From Myxococcota bacterium (GTDB lineage: Bacteria; Myxococcota_A; SURF-8), in assembly GCA_963674735.2 (NCBI GenBank), contig CAXXQS010000002.1:352001-416000 (forward strand): DNA of 64,000 nucleotides, given 5' to 3'. The translations under genes and the position numbers were made by a program. Shown here piece by piece: positions 54,481 through 64,000 of the stretch. The notes under the pieces are model-generated. The model did no database searches and was not told where the DNA came from. It saw only the letters and a list, made by a program, of their open reading frames with translations. The first letter of the stretch is position 1. Each line of letters begins with the position of its first letter.

Positions 54481-56187
54481 ATGGGACGACTCACGCAACG
54501 CCTGATAACGACCCTGATTCTTTCGTTCGCCAGCGCCGTACTTTTCAGCGCCGCCTCAACCGCAGCCGAGACCCCGGCCGTCGAAGCCGCCCCGGACATT
54601 CGGGAAGTTACCGTGTATCCGTCCATGGCGCGCGTCACGCATCGCGGCCCGGTAAGCTTTGCCAAAGCAGGCCCGTTGCGACTCGATCTGCTGAACCTGT
54701 CCGACCGCCTGTTGGAGGAAAGCTTTCAGGTTGGCGGCAAGGGAAGCGCCAAGGTCCGTATTCTGGGAAGTTCGCTCGAACGCGTCTACTTCACACGCGA
54801 AGTGGACACGAAAATTGCCGAGTTGCAAGCCGAACACGATGCCCTGACCCTCGAACGCCGCGCTCTCAACGACCAGCGCGAGGCCGCCGACCAGGAACGC
54901 CAATTCATTTTGGCACTCAAGGCCGCCTATGCCGGAGAACAGTCCAACGCCATGGCGCGCGGCCGCCTCATGGTGGAAGACTGGCGCAAGGCCGGGAGTT
55001 TCGTGCACACCCGCCTGAATGCCTTGGCCGACGACACACGCCAGATCGACACGCAACGCAAAGCCCTCACCGAAAAAATCACCGCTATCCAAACCGAGTT
55101 GGACAAGCTGCGTTCCAAGCGCGGCCGCTGGACCACCACGGCTCACCTCGATCTGGAAGTGGTCAAAGCGGGGGCTTGGAAAGTGGAAGCCGCCTACCTG
55201 ATCGGCGGGGCTCAGTGGGGCATGGTCTACGACGCCCGCCTGTCGAAAAACGCCAAGAAGGTGGAGTTGCAGTGCTTCGCCCAAGTGCGCCAGCACACCG
55301 GCCAGGACTGGAACAACATCGCCCTCACCTTGTCCACCGCACGCCCGTCCATCGGCGGCTCCATTCCCGAGCTCGATTCCCGATACCTCGATTTCTACCA
55401 ACCGCGCCCGCCCATGCCCGTTTCACGTTCCAGCAAACGCATGAACATGGAACAGAGCGTAGGAGCCGCCTACGACGCCGCCCCCGAGGAAAAAATGCGG
55501 GCCACGGCCGAGGCTGACGAAGAGTACGAAGTCGAACTCGTGGCGGCCGATGTCGAAACGGTGGGATTGGCCGTCTTCAGCGCTCCGGGCAAACCGTCGG
55601 TCGCCAGCGACAACCAGCCGCGGCGGGTTTTTCTGCTGTCGAAAAGCTGGGACGCCGCCATCCATTACGAAGCCGTCCCCGAGTTGTCCCCCCACGCCTA
55701 TCTGGCCGTTAAAACGAAAAACCCCTTCGCCTTCCCGATCCTGGCGGGCCGCATGAATCTTTACATGGAAAATAATTTCGTGGGTCGCGCCTGGCTCAAG
55801 GCGGCCCAACCCGAAGAGGAGATGACCCTTCCCTTCGGAACGGATGAACGCATGAAGGTGACGCGCACGCTTCTCAATCGCAAGACCCACGAAGAAGGCG
55901 TTATCAGCAAAACCACACGCATCGAATACCGCTACCGCATCACGGCCACCAACCAGAGCCGCAACGCAGCGGCCACGCTGGAATTGGTCGAACGCCTGCC
56001 GGTGAGCAGCCAGGAAAAAATAACGGTTAAGCCGGATGACGCAACGAAAAAGGCGTGGACGGCCGACAAGGAAAAGCCGGGCATCCTGCGCGCCGATCTA
56101 ACCCTGAAACCGGGTGCAACCATCGAGTTGCCGCTCGTCTTCAATGTGGAATTCCCGCGCGGGAAAAAACTGGTGGGATTGCCGTAA
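54481..56187 (+). CDS. DUF4140/DUF4139 (MuiA-like) exported protein
   Basis: Signal peptide; I.EVTVYP..ARV.., coiled coil, W..YDARL, QV.Q.TGQDW..I.LTLSTARP, FG.D. Confidence 0.88.
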   Translation: MGRLTQRLITTLILSFASAVLFSAASTAAETPAVEAAPDIREVTVYPSMARVTHRGPVSFAKAGPLRLDLLNLSDRLLEESFQVGGKGSAKVRILGSSLERVYFTREVDTKIAELQAEHDALTLERRALNDQREAADQERQFILALKAAYAGEQSNAMARGRLMVEDWRKAGSFVHTRLNALADDTRQIDTQRKALTEKITAIQTELDKLRSKRGRWTTTAHLDLEVVKAGAWKVEAAYLIGGAQWGMVYDARLSKNAKKVELQCFAQVRQHTGQDWNNIALTLSTARPSIGGSIPELDSRYLDFYQPRPPMPVSRSSKRMNMEQSVGAAYDAAPEEKMRATAEADEEYEVELVAADVETVGLAVFSAPGKPSVASDNQPRRVFLLSKSWDAAIHYEAVPELSPHAYLAVKTKNPFAFPILAGRMNLYMENNFVGRAWLKAAQPEEEMTLPFGTDERMKVTRTLLNRKTHEEGVISKTTRIEYRYRITATNQSRNAAATLELVERLPVSSQEKITVKPDDATKKAWTADKEKPGILRADLTLKPGATIELPLVFNVEFPRGKKLVGLP

Positions 56188-56201
56188 GCCCGCGAGGCGA
56201 G

Positions 56202-56699
56202 TCAGCCCAAGCGCCGGATCAAGTCCGCCGCAGCAGGATAGGCAGCGGCCAGTGCCACCGGATCGCCGGGTTCGAAATCATCGAAATCGAAACCGGGAGC
56301 AACGGTCGTGCCCAAAAGCGCCCAGCGGCCTCCCTCGATCAGCCGTGTCCCCTGCCAACAGCCCGCCGGGGCTAGCTGTTGCACCCGCTGACCGGCCAGG
56401 ATGTCTCCCCCGACAACCACCCGTTCATGCAGCCCATCCGGATGGAGCAGCAGCATCTCGACCGGGTCACCGAGATAAAAATGGAACAACTCGTCGCTGG
56501 GCAAACGGTGAAGTTTGGAATGATTTCCTGGTGTTACGAGATAGTAAATCGCGGTTGAAAACGTCTTTTCACACGCGTAGCGGGTCGGTAAGGCCGAAGC
56601 GGGGATTGTCTCGCGGCTGCGGTAGCTTTCACGGTAATAGCCGCCCTCGCCGGGCAAGGGAACAAGCCCCAAACGCTCGATCAACTCGCGTGCTTCCAT
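56202..56699 (-). CDS. Cupin_5 (DUF985) protein
   Basis: L.P.P.EGGYYRE.YRS, TAIYYL, HRL.SDE.FHFY.GDP, TVAPGFDFDDFE. Confidence 0.9.
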   Translation of the reverse strand: MEARELIERLGLVPLPGEGGYYRESYRSRETIPASALPTRYACEKTFSTAIYYLVTPGNHSKLHRLPSDELFHFYLGDPVEMLLLHPDGLHERVVVGGDILAGQRVQQLAPAGCWQGTRLIEGGRWALLGTTVAPGFDFDDFEPGDPVALAAAYPAAADLIRRLG

Positions 56700-56737
56700 C
56701 AACTATCACCTGTGAACCGGCTTTCCGGCATCATTAG

Positions 56738-58045
56738 CTAGCTTAAGCCCTTGCCCGCCTTGCCGGTGATCCCCTTCGCACCCTTGACCATCGTGTTCAA
56801 GAACATCGACTTCAAAGGCTCGATGGCCAGCGCGGCTTTTAGGGGTGGAGTCTTTTCAAGCATACCGACCATACGTCCCAAGGCACGATGGCTGACTTTG
56901 GTGGGGTCGTCGAACAACAAGGTATGCAGTTTGCCGCGTTCGATGGCCATGGCCACGGTTTTGTCGAACACGCTCTCGGGGGTATACACGCGTTTTTCGC
57001 GCGGCTTCAACGAAATCCCGCCGAATTTGCAGCTCTGGTAACACACCCCGCAGCCCAGACACAAGTCTTCGTCGAGCACGGCCCATTTACGTTTCTGCTT
57101 GCCCTCGCCTTCCTGCTTGATCTCGATGGCATTGACCGGGCAGGCCTTGGCGCACATTCCGCAACCCTTGCACTGTTCGAGGTCGACGCTCATGATCCAG
57201 TTGGACGATACGATGGCGTTTTTGATGTCGTAACGTTTGATGGCGTTCATCATGCCGCAACAGCAACCGCAGCAGTTGCACATATAGGTCAAGCCGCGTT
57301 GGACGTTATCGCCGGTCTGCGCCAGTCCCGCTTCCTTGCATTGCTGCAGAATGTCCATCGCTTCGGAAATGCTGATCTCTTCCGCAATCCCCGCCTTGAT
57401 CATGGGATCCGCCCCGTAGTTGAGCGTCAGGCAGGTGCGCTGCGGACGATCGCAGGCATTGTCCAGATGGCTGTGATGGTGGCGACAGGCGCACAGCGAG
57501 ACGGCCACGCGTTTGGCGGTTTCGATGACTCGGCTGGCGCGCTCCCAGTCCATAATCTCGGTGAAATCGCCCTCAGGTAGAGCTTCTTCACGCGCCAGGG
57601 AACGACCGATCTGGGTTTGTCCCTGAAACACCGCATGGGCCAGCTTGTCTTCCTGGAACATGTACAGTTCGAACAGATGGGCCAGTTCCTTCATGTCGAT
57701 TTCATCGCGAGTGCGCATGAAGGTATATTCGAAAAAGCCGATCACGACCGGCGCAAGAATCGCATAACGGCGGCCCGACAATTCGAGGTCGATCACCAGT
57801 CCACGCACGGCCATTTCGGAGATACGGTCGCCCAGCTCCTGCTCGTTCATACCGATCCGCGCCGCCAACGATTTCACCGATTTCAACCCCAAAGGCAGCT
57901 TGAGCGCCAGCTCGGCATCCTCGGGACTAAACAGCATTTTGAGGATTTTCATGAAGGTCGGCGAATTGGGCGCACCCGTAACCGATTGGTCGAGGTGGCC
58001 TTGCAAACGGTTGTAAAGACGATCGGAGTTGACGATATGACCCAT
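56738..58045 (-). CDS. 4Fe-4S dicluster protein with N-terminal HTH-like region
   Basis: CACRHH..C..C, CNCCGCCC, CKGCGMCAKACP, CLGCGVCYQSC. Confidence 0.88.
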   Translation of the reverse strand: MGHIVNSDRLYNRLQGHLDQSVTGAPNSPTFMKILKMLFSPEDAELALKLPLGLKSVKSLAARIGMNEQELGDRISEMAVRGLVIDLELSGRRYAILAPVVIGFFEYTFMRTRDEIDMKELAHLFELYMFQEDKLAHAVFQGQTQIGRSLAREEALPEGDFTEIMDWERASRVIETAKRVAVSLCACRHHHSHLDNACDRPQRTCLTLNYGADPMIKAGIAEEISISEAMDILQQCKEAGLAQTGDNVQRGLTYMCNCCGCCCGMMNAIKRYDIKNAIVSSNWIMSVDLEQCKGCGMCAKACPVNAIEIKQEGEGKQKRKWAVLDEDLCLGCGVCYQSCKFGGISLKPREKRVYTPESVFDKTVAMAIERGKLHTLLFDDPTKVSHRALGRMVGMLEKTPPLKAALAIEPLKSMFLNTMVKGAKGITGKAGKGLS

Positions 58046-58116
58046 GATGTCTCCCGAAGTTATTGGGGATTCGTTGGCAAAATCGAATCACCCATTCGAT
58101 AGGTGAAGGGTGTAAT

Positions 58117-59400
58117 TTACTCTATTTTCCCGTATTTGGCCAGTCGCTTCTCGGCGGCTCGTGCATGACCCTCTAATCCCTCGATACGCGCCAAGGCAAC
58201 GGCATCATGCAGCAACGGCGACGCAGAGACATCGTCCTCCATCATCAGCCAGGTATGCACGCGCAGGAAGGTCAACACCGACAAGCCTCCGGTAAAACGC
58301 GCCGTGCTTCCGGTAGGCAGGACGTGGTTGGGACCGGCCCCGTAGTCGCCCATCACTTCGGCGCTGGCCGAGCCGATGAACAAGCCACCGAAGTTGGTCA
58401 AGCGCTTCGACACCGTCTCGGCGTTCTCGGTCATCACTTCCAGATGCTCGGGAGCGAGCCGCTCGCAAACGGCGAGAGCCGCATCCAGGTCCGGCGCAAA
58501 AACCGCAAAACCGTTGTTTAGCGCCGGTTCGGCCGTCGGCCGCGTGGGCAGATCGGCCAGTTGGCGCTCCAGTTCCACATTCACGGCATCGATCAGGTCG
58601 CGGTCAAGCGACACCAACATCGGCAAGGCGTCGGGATCATGTTCGGCCTGGGCCAGCAAATCGGCGGCGATCCAGACCGGATCGGCGCTTTTATCCGCCA
58701 GCACCAGCAGTTCCGACGGTCCGGCCAGCATGTCAATCGCCACCCGACCGGCCACCAGTTGCTTCGCGGCCGTCACAAAACGATTGCCCGGACCCACCAC
58801 TGCGTCACAGGCGGGCACCGGTCCGGCGCCATAAGCCAAAGCCGCCACGGCTTGCGCGCCACCCACGGCCAGAAGCCCGTCGACCCCGGCCACGGCGCAA
58901 GCAGCCAAAGTCTCAACGGTGGGTCGCGGCGACGCAGCCCAGACAGTTTTCACGCCCGCCGCGCGAGCGGTAACGGCCGTCATCAACACGGACGACGGCA
59001 AGGGAAAGCGTCCCCCCGGAGCATAGCAGCCCGCACGCGCCAAGGGCGCGATGCGGTGTCCGGCGCGTCCGTCCGGCATAATCGAATCGACTTCACCCAA
59101 ACACCCCAGCTGAGCCTCGGCAAATTGGCGGATGCGCCGGGCCGTGCGCTCCAGGAGCGCATGCTGCTCGTCGGGTAGGGACGCCAACGCGGCATGCAGG
59201 GCTTCCGGCCCGATCACGAGCGGAGCGTCAGGCGCGATGTCGCCCAAACGCTCGGCATGTTCGCGCAATGCCGTTTCACCGCGCAGCTTGACATCTTCCA
59301 CGATGGCGGCCGCAGCGCTGAGCGTGGCGGCATCCACCGGATCGTGCCGACGACGATCGAGGGCATCGGGCGTGAGAAGTCGCAGGCGCGCTTCGGACAT
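58117..59400 (-). CDS. hisD: Histidinol dehydrogenase
   Basis: [56 protein letters not shown]. Confidence 0.96.
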   Translation of the reverse strand: MSEARLRLLTPDALDRRRHDPVDAATLSAAAAIVEDVKLRGETALREHAERLGDIAPDAPLVIGPEALHAALASLPDEQHALLERTARRIRQFAEAQLGCLGEVDSIMPDGRAGHRIAPLARAGCYAPGGRFPLPSSVLMTAVTARAAGVKTVWAASPRPTVETLAACAVAGVDGLLAVGGAQAVAALAYGAGPVPACDAVVGPGNRFVTAAKQLVAGRVAIDMLAGPSELLVLADKSADPVWIAADLLAQAEHDPDALPMLVSLDRDLIDAVNVELERQLADLPTRPTAEPALNNGFAVFAPDLDAALAVCERLAPEHLEVMTENAETVSKRLTNFGGLFIGSASAEVMGDYGAGPNHVLPTGSTARFTGGLSVLTFLRVHTWLMMEDDVSASPLLHDAVALARIEGLEGHARAAEKRLAKYGKIE

Positions 59401-59421
59401 GGTCCTTCCTCCAACTAATGA

Positions 59422-60678
59422 TTATTCTTTGGCATTGCCGGGTCGACGTGTCACATGCAAGGCACGTCGGTCGAGCTCGCGCTCCACATCGATCAGACTC
59501 GCACCACCGCGCAACATCGCCACCAGGGCGAAATACAGCACGTCGGCCGTTTCCCAAGCCACTTCATCCCGCGTTTCGGCGGCCGCCAGTTCACCCGCTT
59601 CTTCGATCAACTTGGCTTTCAACAAGCGCGGATCGTCCAGCAGACGGCGTGTGTAGGATCCCGGCGGAGCGGCATCGAGACGCGCCTGCAATGTACGTTC
59701 AAGCTGCGCCAACCCACGATCTTCGCCCCAGCAACTACGTGTTTTCAGATGACAAAAGCCGTCACCCGCTTGACGCACGGTAAAGCGCAAAGCATCGCGG
59801 TCGCAATCGAGATCGATACGCAGCAGGGCTTGTGTATCGCCGGAGCTCTCGCCCTTGATCCACAACCCCCGCGAGCGAGAATGATAGACGCCGCGTTTCA
59901 GTTCCACCGCTTTGGTCAAACTTTCGCGATTCGAGTAGACCAGTCCCAGCGCACAGCCGCGCTCGTCAACCACCACGGTGGGCCACAAGCCATCGGGACG
60001 ATCGGAAACCAGCGGTGCCGCGATGGCATCGGCCAGGCTCATACGCCCGCTGTATAGCGCCATACCCACCTGGGCGTCCGCACCCAAGTGATCGATTTTA
60101 GCCAACTCTTCGGGGGTGGTCACGCCACCGGCAACGGTCAGTCGGGCATCTCCGGCCGCTTCGACCAGCTCTTTCACCTGGTCCAGGTTGCTGCCGCCCA
60201 TGCGGCCCTCGCGCTCGACGAAGGTGACCAAAAAGCTTCCCGCCACCTCGCGCAGCTCGCGCATACGGTCGGTAATACGCGCCCCGGTCTTGGTGCGCCA
60301 ACCCTCCACCACCACGTCGCCATGCTCGGCATCCAATGCCGCCATAACGCGTTCTTTCGGCAGTTGCGATAACAGCTCGGGAGTGGCGGCCGTCCCCATA
60401 ATGATTCTCTCGGCTCCGGCATCCAGCCACTCGATGGCGCGTTCGACGCTGCGAATACCCCCACCGACCCGGCAGGGCGCCAAGCGAATGAGGTCTTTGA
60501 TCAGCGCTTCATTCGACCCTTGCGACAGCGCCGCGTCCAGGTCGATCACCGCCACATCCCCGGCCAGCCGGAACGACTCGGCAATGGGACGCGGATCACC
60601 CGCTTCGATAGCTTTTTCGCGTCCACCCACAAGCTGCACGGCCTGACCGTCCATCAAATCGATCGAGGGAATGATCAT
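59422..60678 (-). CDS. hisIE: HisA-HisI-HisE fusion (ProFAR isomerase / PR-AMP cyclohydrolase / PR-ATP pyrophosphatase)
   Basis: Start MIIPSIDL at 60678, overlapping the hisF stop. [19 protein letters not shown] (HisA); LW.KGESSG..DCDRD..GFCH..SC (HisI); SYT.RL..K..EEA.E..E.ADV.Y (HisE). Confidence 0.92.
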   Translation of the reverse strand: MIIPSIDLMDGQAVQLVGGREKAIEAGDPRPIAESFRLAGDVAVIDLDAALSQGSNEALIKDLIRLAPCRVGGGIRSVERAIEWLDAGAERIIMGTAATPELLSQLPKERVMAALDAEHGDVVVEGWRTKTGARITDRMRELREVAGSFLVTFVEREGRMGGSNLDQVKELVEAAGDARLTVAGGVTTPEELAKIDHLGADAQVGMALYSGRMSLADAIAAPLVSDRPDGLWPTVVVDERGCALGLVYSNRESLTKAVELKRGVYHSRSRGLWIKGESSGDTQALLRIDLDCDRDALRFTVRQAGDGFCHLKTRSCWGEDRGLAQLERTLQARLDAAPPGSYTRRLLDDPRLLKAKLIEEAGELAAAETRDEVAWETADVLYFALVAMLRGGASLIDVERELDRRALHVTRRPGNAKE

Positions 60679-61430
60679 GGCCGTACCTCCGCACCTAAAG
60701 CCATCAACTGGCGCTTGATTTCCTTCACTGTCGTATCGCCATCGTGGAAGATCGAAGCCGCCAAAACGGCGTCCGCTCCGGCCTCGATGGCCTCCATAAG
60801 TTGCTCGGCATTGTCCGCGCCACCGGAGGCGATCACCGGCACATTGACCGCCGACGACACGGCCCGCATCAGATCCAGATCGTAACCCGAACGCGTTCCG
60901 TCGCGGTCCCAACTCGTAAGCAGAATCTCCCCCGCACCACGCGCCACACCGTCGCGCACCCATTGCAGCACGTCGAGGCCGGTATCGTGTTTGCCGGAAC
61001 GCACCACCACCTGCCAGCGGCCCGGGGCGCTTTGCTTGGCGTCCACGGCGAGCACCGTGCACTGGCGGCCGAAACGTTCGGCAACCTCTCGTAATAAATC
61101 GGGATGATCCACCGCCGCCGTATTGATACCGACCTTGTCGGCCCCGGCGTCCAGCAGCGCTCGCGCATCCGCAACACCCTTGACACCGCCCCCCACCGTC
61201 AACGGAATCGCGATCCGTTCGCGCACCTTGCGCACGGTTTCGACCGCCGTCTTGCGCCCCTCGGGAGTCGCCGAGACATCCAGCAGAACCAGTTCATCCG
61301 CCCCCTGGGCTTCATACAGCGCCGCCCGTTCCTCGGGGGAACCCGCATCGCGCAAACCTTGGAATTTAATACCTTTTACGACGCGCCCGCCGCGCACATC
61401 GAGACACGGAATAATGCGTCGGGTCAACAT
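60675..61430 (-). CDS. hisF: Imidazole glycerol phosphate synthase cyclase subunit
   Basis: [56 protein letters not shown]. Confidence 0.97.
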   Translation of the reverse strand: MLTRRIIPCLDVRGGRVVKGIKFQGLRDAGSPEERAALYEAQGADELVLLDVSATPEGRKTAVETVRKVRERIAIPLTVGGGVKGVADARALLDAGADKVGINTAAVDHPDLLREVAERFGRQCTVLAVDAKQSAPGRWQVVVRSGKHDTGLDVLQWVRDGVARGAGEILLTSWDRDGTRSGYDLDLMRAVSSAVNVPVIASGGADNAEQLMEAIEAGADAVLAASIFHDGDTTVKEIKRQLMALGAEVRP

Positions 61431-62044
61431 GCGCCGCCCCCTTTCTGCGAGTCGGCCAACCAGCGTTTCAACAACTCCAGCCCCCACGGACCCGACAATT
61501 CGGGGTGGAACTGACAGGCCAGAACCGGTCCGCGTTCCAGCGCCGCCACGAAAGGCCCGGCATGGTCGGTGAACGCGACGTTCCAACCCTGCGGTTTGTC
61601 GGCCAAACGAAAGGAATTGGCGAAATAGGCATAACCCGATTTCAACAACCGGCAGCCTTCTTCCGGCTCCACCTGGTTCCAACCCAGTTGCGGCACCCGC
61701 ACGGTCTCGGGAAAGCGCGTAATATCCCCTTCGATCAGACCCAAACCCGCCACACCGGGGTTTTCTTCACTGGCCCGGCACAAAACCTGCAAGCCCAAAC
61801 ACACCGCCAAGGTCGGACGGCCCGCCTCGATTCGGCGGCGAAGCACTTCCGAAAAACCACGCTCGGAAAGCTGGCTCATGGCGGGAGCGAAGGCCCCCAC
61901 ACCCGGCAAAACCAGGCGATCGGCCCGCTCGGCAACGTCGGGATCGCGGCAGATGCGCGGTTCGGCATCGGCGCGCCTGAGTCCGGCCATAACCGAAGCC
62001 AAATTGGCCGTGCCGGTGGAAACAATTTCAACAATCAACGACAT
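61424..62044 (-). CDS. hisH: Imidazole glycerol phosphate synthase glutaminase subunit
   Basis: [30 protein letters not shown]. Confidence 0.95.
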   Translation of the reverse strand: MSLIVEIVSTGTANLASVMAGLRRADAEPRICRDPDVAERADRLVLPGVGAFAPAMSQLSERGFSEVLRRRIEAGRPTLAVCLGLQVLCRASEENPGVAGLGLIEGDITRFPETVRVPQLGWNQVEPEEGCRLLKSGYAYFANSFRLADKPQGWNVAFTDHAGPFVAALERGPVLACQFHPELSGPWGLELLKRWLADSQKGGGAC

Positions 62045-62046
62045 TT

Positions 62047-62634
62047 TTAGAGCACCCCTTTCGTACTGGGGATATCGGACGAACCATCGCAGGCCACCGC
62101 CTCGCGTAACGCCAACGCCACGGCCTTGAAAGCCGCCTCGGCACGGTGATGGTCATTGAAACCGCGCAGAACATCCACGTGAAGAGTCAACCCGGCCGTC
62201 ATGGCCAGGGAATGCAGAACGTGACCAATATTTTCGGTAGCCAGGTCGCCCAGTTTCTCGCGTTTGAGATCCAGGTTGATCACGGCATAGGGCCGCCCAG
62301 AGCAATCCACCACGGCACGCGCCAATGCTTCGTCCAACGGTGCATAGGCCGAACCGAAACGACGAATCCCGGCCTTGTCGCCCAGCGCTTCTTTCAAAAC
62401 CTCGCCGAACACGAGCGCACAATCCTCGGCGCTGTGGTGGTCATCCACGTGGCGATCGCCCTCACAAGTCAAGCTCAGATCGAAGCGGGCATGACGCGCC
62501 AGGCCGTCAAACAAATGATCGAGAAAGCCGATGCCGGTGCGAATCTCGGTCTTTCCCCGGCCGTCCAGGGCGAGGGTGCATTGCACCTCGGTTTCACGCG
62601 TTGTCCGCGTGAGCGTTGCGCGGCGTTCGGTCAT
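62047..62634 (-). CDS. hisB: Imidazoleglycerol-phosphate dehydratase (monofunctional)
   Basis: R.T.ET, TGIGFLDH, DDHH..ED, PLDEAL, NDHH..EA.FKA, PSTKG.L. Confidence 0.96.
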   Translation of the reverse strand: MTERRATLTRTTRETEVQCTLALDGRGKTEIRTGIGFLDHLFDGLARHARFDLSLTCEGDRHVDDHHSAEDCALVFGEVLKEALGDKAGIRRFGSAYAPLDEALARAVVDCSGRPYAVINLDLKREKLGDLATENIGHVLHSLAMTAGLTLHVDVLRGFNDHHRAEAAFKAVALALREAVACDGSSDIPSTKGVL

Positions 62635-64000
62635 GGCCACATCCTTTCCAGTTCGTCGAAATCATGGATCACTCGCCCGGCTCCGGCTGCATGCAGCGCC
62701 CGAACGAGGGTATCGGAATCATCGCCGGGAGCGACCTTGCCGAGGGGCAAAACCCCGGCCGCACGCGCGGCGCGAACATCGTCGGGAGCATCGCCCAGCA
62801 TCCAGGCCCGTTCAACCCCCAGCCGTTCAAGCGCCAGCTTCACCGGGGCGGGATCGGGTTTGGCCGGGGCGTCTTCCATACAAACAACGGTTTTGAACAG
62901 CTTACTCAGATCGTGGGCTTCCAAAAAACGTAAGGCATCGGCGCGTGGACGACCGGTAACGATCCCCAGCGGGCAGTCCACCGAGAGTCGTTCGAGCATC
63001 CCGCGCGACGGAATCAAAGTTTCACGCTGCCACAAACCCGGATCGTCGTCCGTTCCCTGGTAAGCCGCCTCGAAAGCCGCTTTCACGTCCTCGAAAGCTG
63101 CGTCGACTCCTCGCCGTTCAAGCAACCGCCGACTCACCACCCAATCGTTGTTGGCACCCGCTTCCGCCTTGGCCGCCGCGACCTCTTCGGCTGAAACATC
63201 AATACCGAAATGGCGACAGGCAGCCTGAACGGCCACCCGATAGGAGCCGGACACATCGACCAGGACGCCGTCCATATCGAACAGCAAAGCCTCGGGTTTG
63301 CACACCGTTTCGAGAACTTTGCATAAACGCTCGAAATCACGTTCATTCACCGGGCATGAGATACGCAATCCACCCCGGAAGCTGTTGTCGTCGGGGACCA
63401 CCCGCACCGAGATACCCAGACCCGAAAGCAGATCGCGGGTCAGCTCCGGATCGGGCAGGCGGACGAAAACGAAGTTGGCCTGTGATGGCAAGGCTTCAAT
63501 TCCAATCCTTTCGCACAAGCGAATCAGTTCGGCGCGCTCTTCCCGCACGCGTCGAACCACAGCCTCCATGTGTGGACGCCCCGCCGGGATCCATTTCTCC
63601 GCCAACGCCAAAGACAAACCTGATACCGGATAAGGTCCGCCCGCCCCCCGTAACACATCGATCAACTCCAGCGGCCCCACCACGTAACCCAAACGCGCCC
63701 CCGCCAGTCCCCAGGCTTTGGAAAACGTGTGGGCGGCCAACACGTTGGGCAATTCGAGAGCGGCCGGAGTGAGATCGACATCGGCGAACTCGCTGTAGGC
63801 CAGATCCAGCAAAATCAGCGCATGGGGAGCGGCAGCCGAAATACGGCGCAAATCATCTTCGGTCGCCGTCAGGCCCGTTGGATTGTTGGGACTGATCATA
63901 ACGATCACCCCGGTTTTATCATCCACCTTGTCAATCAGCGCTTCGGTAGGAAACGGTCCCTCATCCCACGCCACCCGCCGGATCGGAGCATTGGATAAAC
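62631..64000 (-). CDS. hisC: Histidinol-phosphate aminotransferase fused to a HAD phosphatase; 5' end outside the window
   Basis: SPNNPTG, LDLAY.EF, TFSKAWGLAG.RLGY, PSQANF, then FDMDGVL, VTGR, KPDP, GD..DD. The frame is open to the window edge. Confidence 0.9.
   Translation of the reverse strand, partial: LSNAPIRRVAWDEGPFPTEALIDKVDDKTGVIVMISPNNPTGLTATEDDLRRISAAAPHALILLDLAYSEFADVDLTPAALELPNVLAAHTFSKAWGLAGARLGYVVGPLELIDVLRGAGGPYPVSGLSLALAEKWIPAGRPHMEAVVRRVREERAELIRLCERIGIEALPSQANFVFVRLPDPELTRDLLSGLGISVRVVPDDNSFRGGLRISCPVNERDFERLCKVLETVCKPEALLFDMDGVLVDVSGSYRVAVQAACRHFGIDVSAEEVAAAKAEAGANNDWVVSRRLLERRGVDAAFEDVKAAFEAAYQGTDDDPGLWQRETLIPSRGMLERLSVDCPLGIVTGRPRADALRFLEAHDLSKLFKTVVCMEDAPAKPDPAPVKLALERLGVERAWMLGDAPDDVRAARAAGVLPLGKVAPGDDSDTLVRALHAAGAGRVIHDFDELERMWP

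Noticed and set aside
60679-61062. 128-aa N-terminal extension of the HisA-IE fusion in the ORF track
   Set aside because: It overlaps hisF in another frame; the real start is ATG 60678, coupled to the hisF stop.

Overview
GC-rich bacterial window, probably from a Myxococcota/deltaproteobacterial-type organism. This is inferred from a pilA-pilGHI/xap-like locus, a MYXO-CTERM-like anchor, Cys-rich myxobacterial-type repeats and sigma-54 promoters. Housekeeping genes: guaB-guaA, gltX, an orphan trpF, a rearranged 2-oxoacid:ferredoxin oxidoreductase operon and the 3' part of a his operon with two unusual fusions (HisC-HAD and HisA-HisI-HisE). The accessory content is dominated by cell-surface proteins. 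(1) At least six predicted lipoproteins plus one C-terminally anchored adhesin carry acidic (P)DGD(x) repeat linkers, mostly next to the membrane anchor. (2) A 17-kb minus-strand cluster is headed by a sigma-54 activator with an N-terminal winged helix; a clear -24/-12 promoter precedes a 1903-aa lipoprotein in which about 760 aa of IPT/PA14/propeller domains appear to be nested inside a split Fn3/Ig-like domain. (3) A six-gene LPP20/FlgT-N/DUF799/CsgG/PEGA/FecR envelope operon has no flagellar or curli context. I saw no rRNA, tRNA, CRISPR array, integrase, transposase or reverse transcriptase. All family assignments come from motif recognition by eye, not from database searches.
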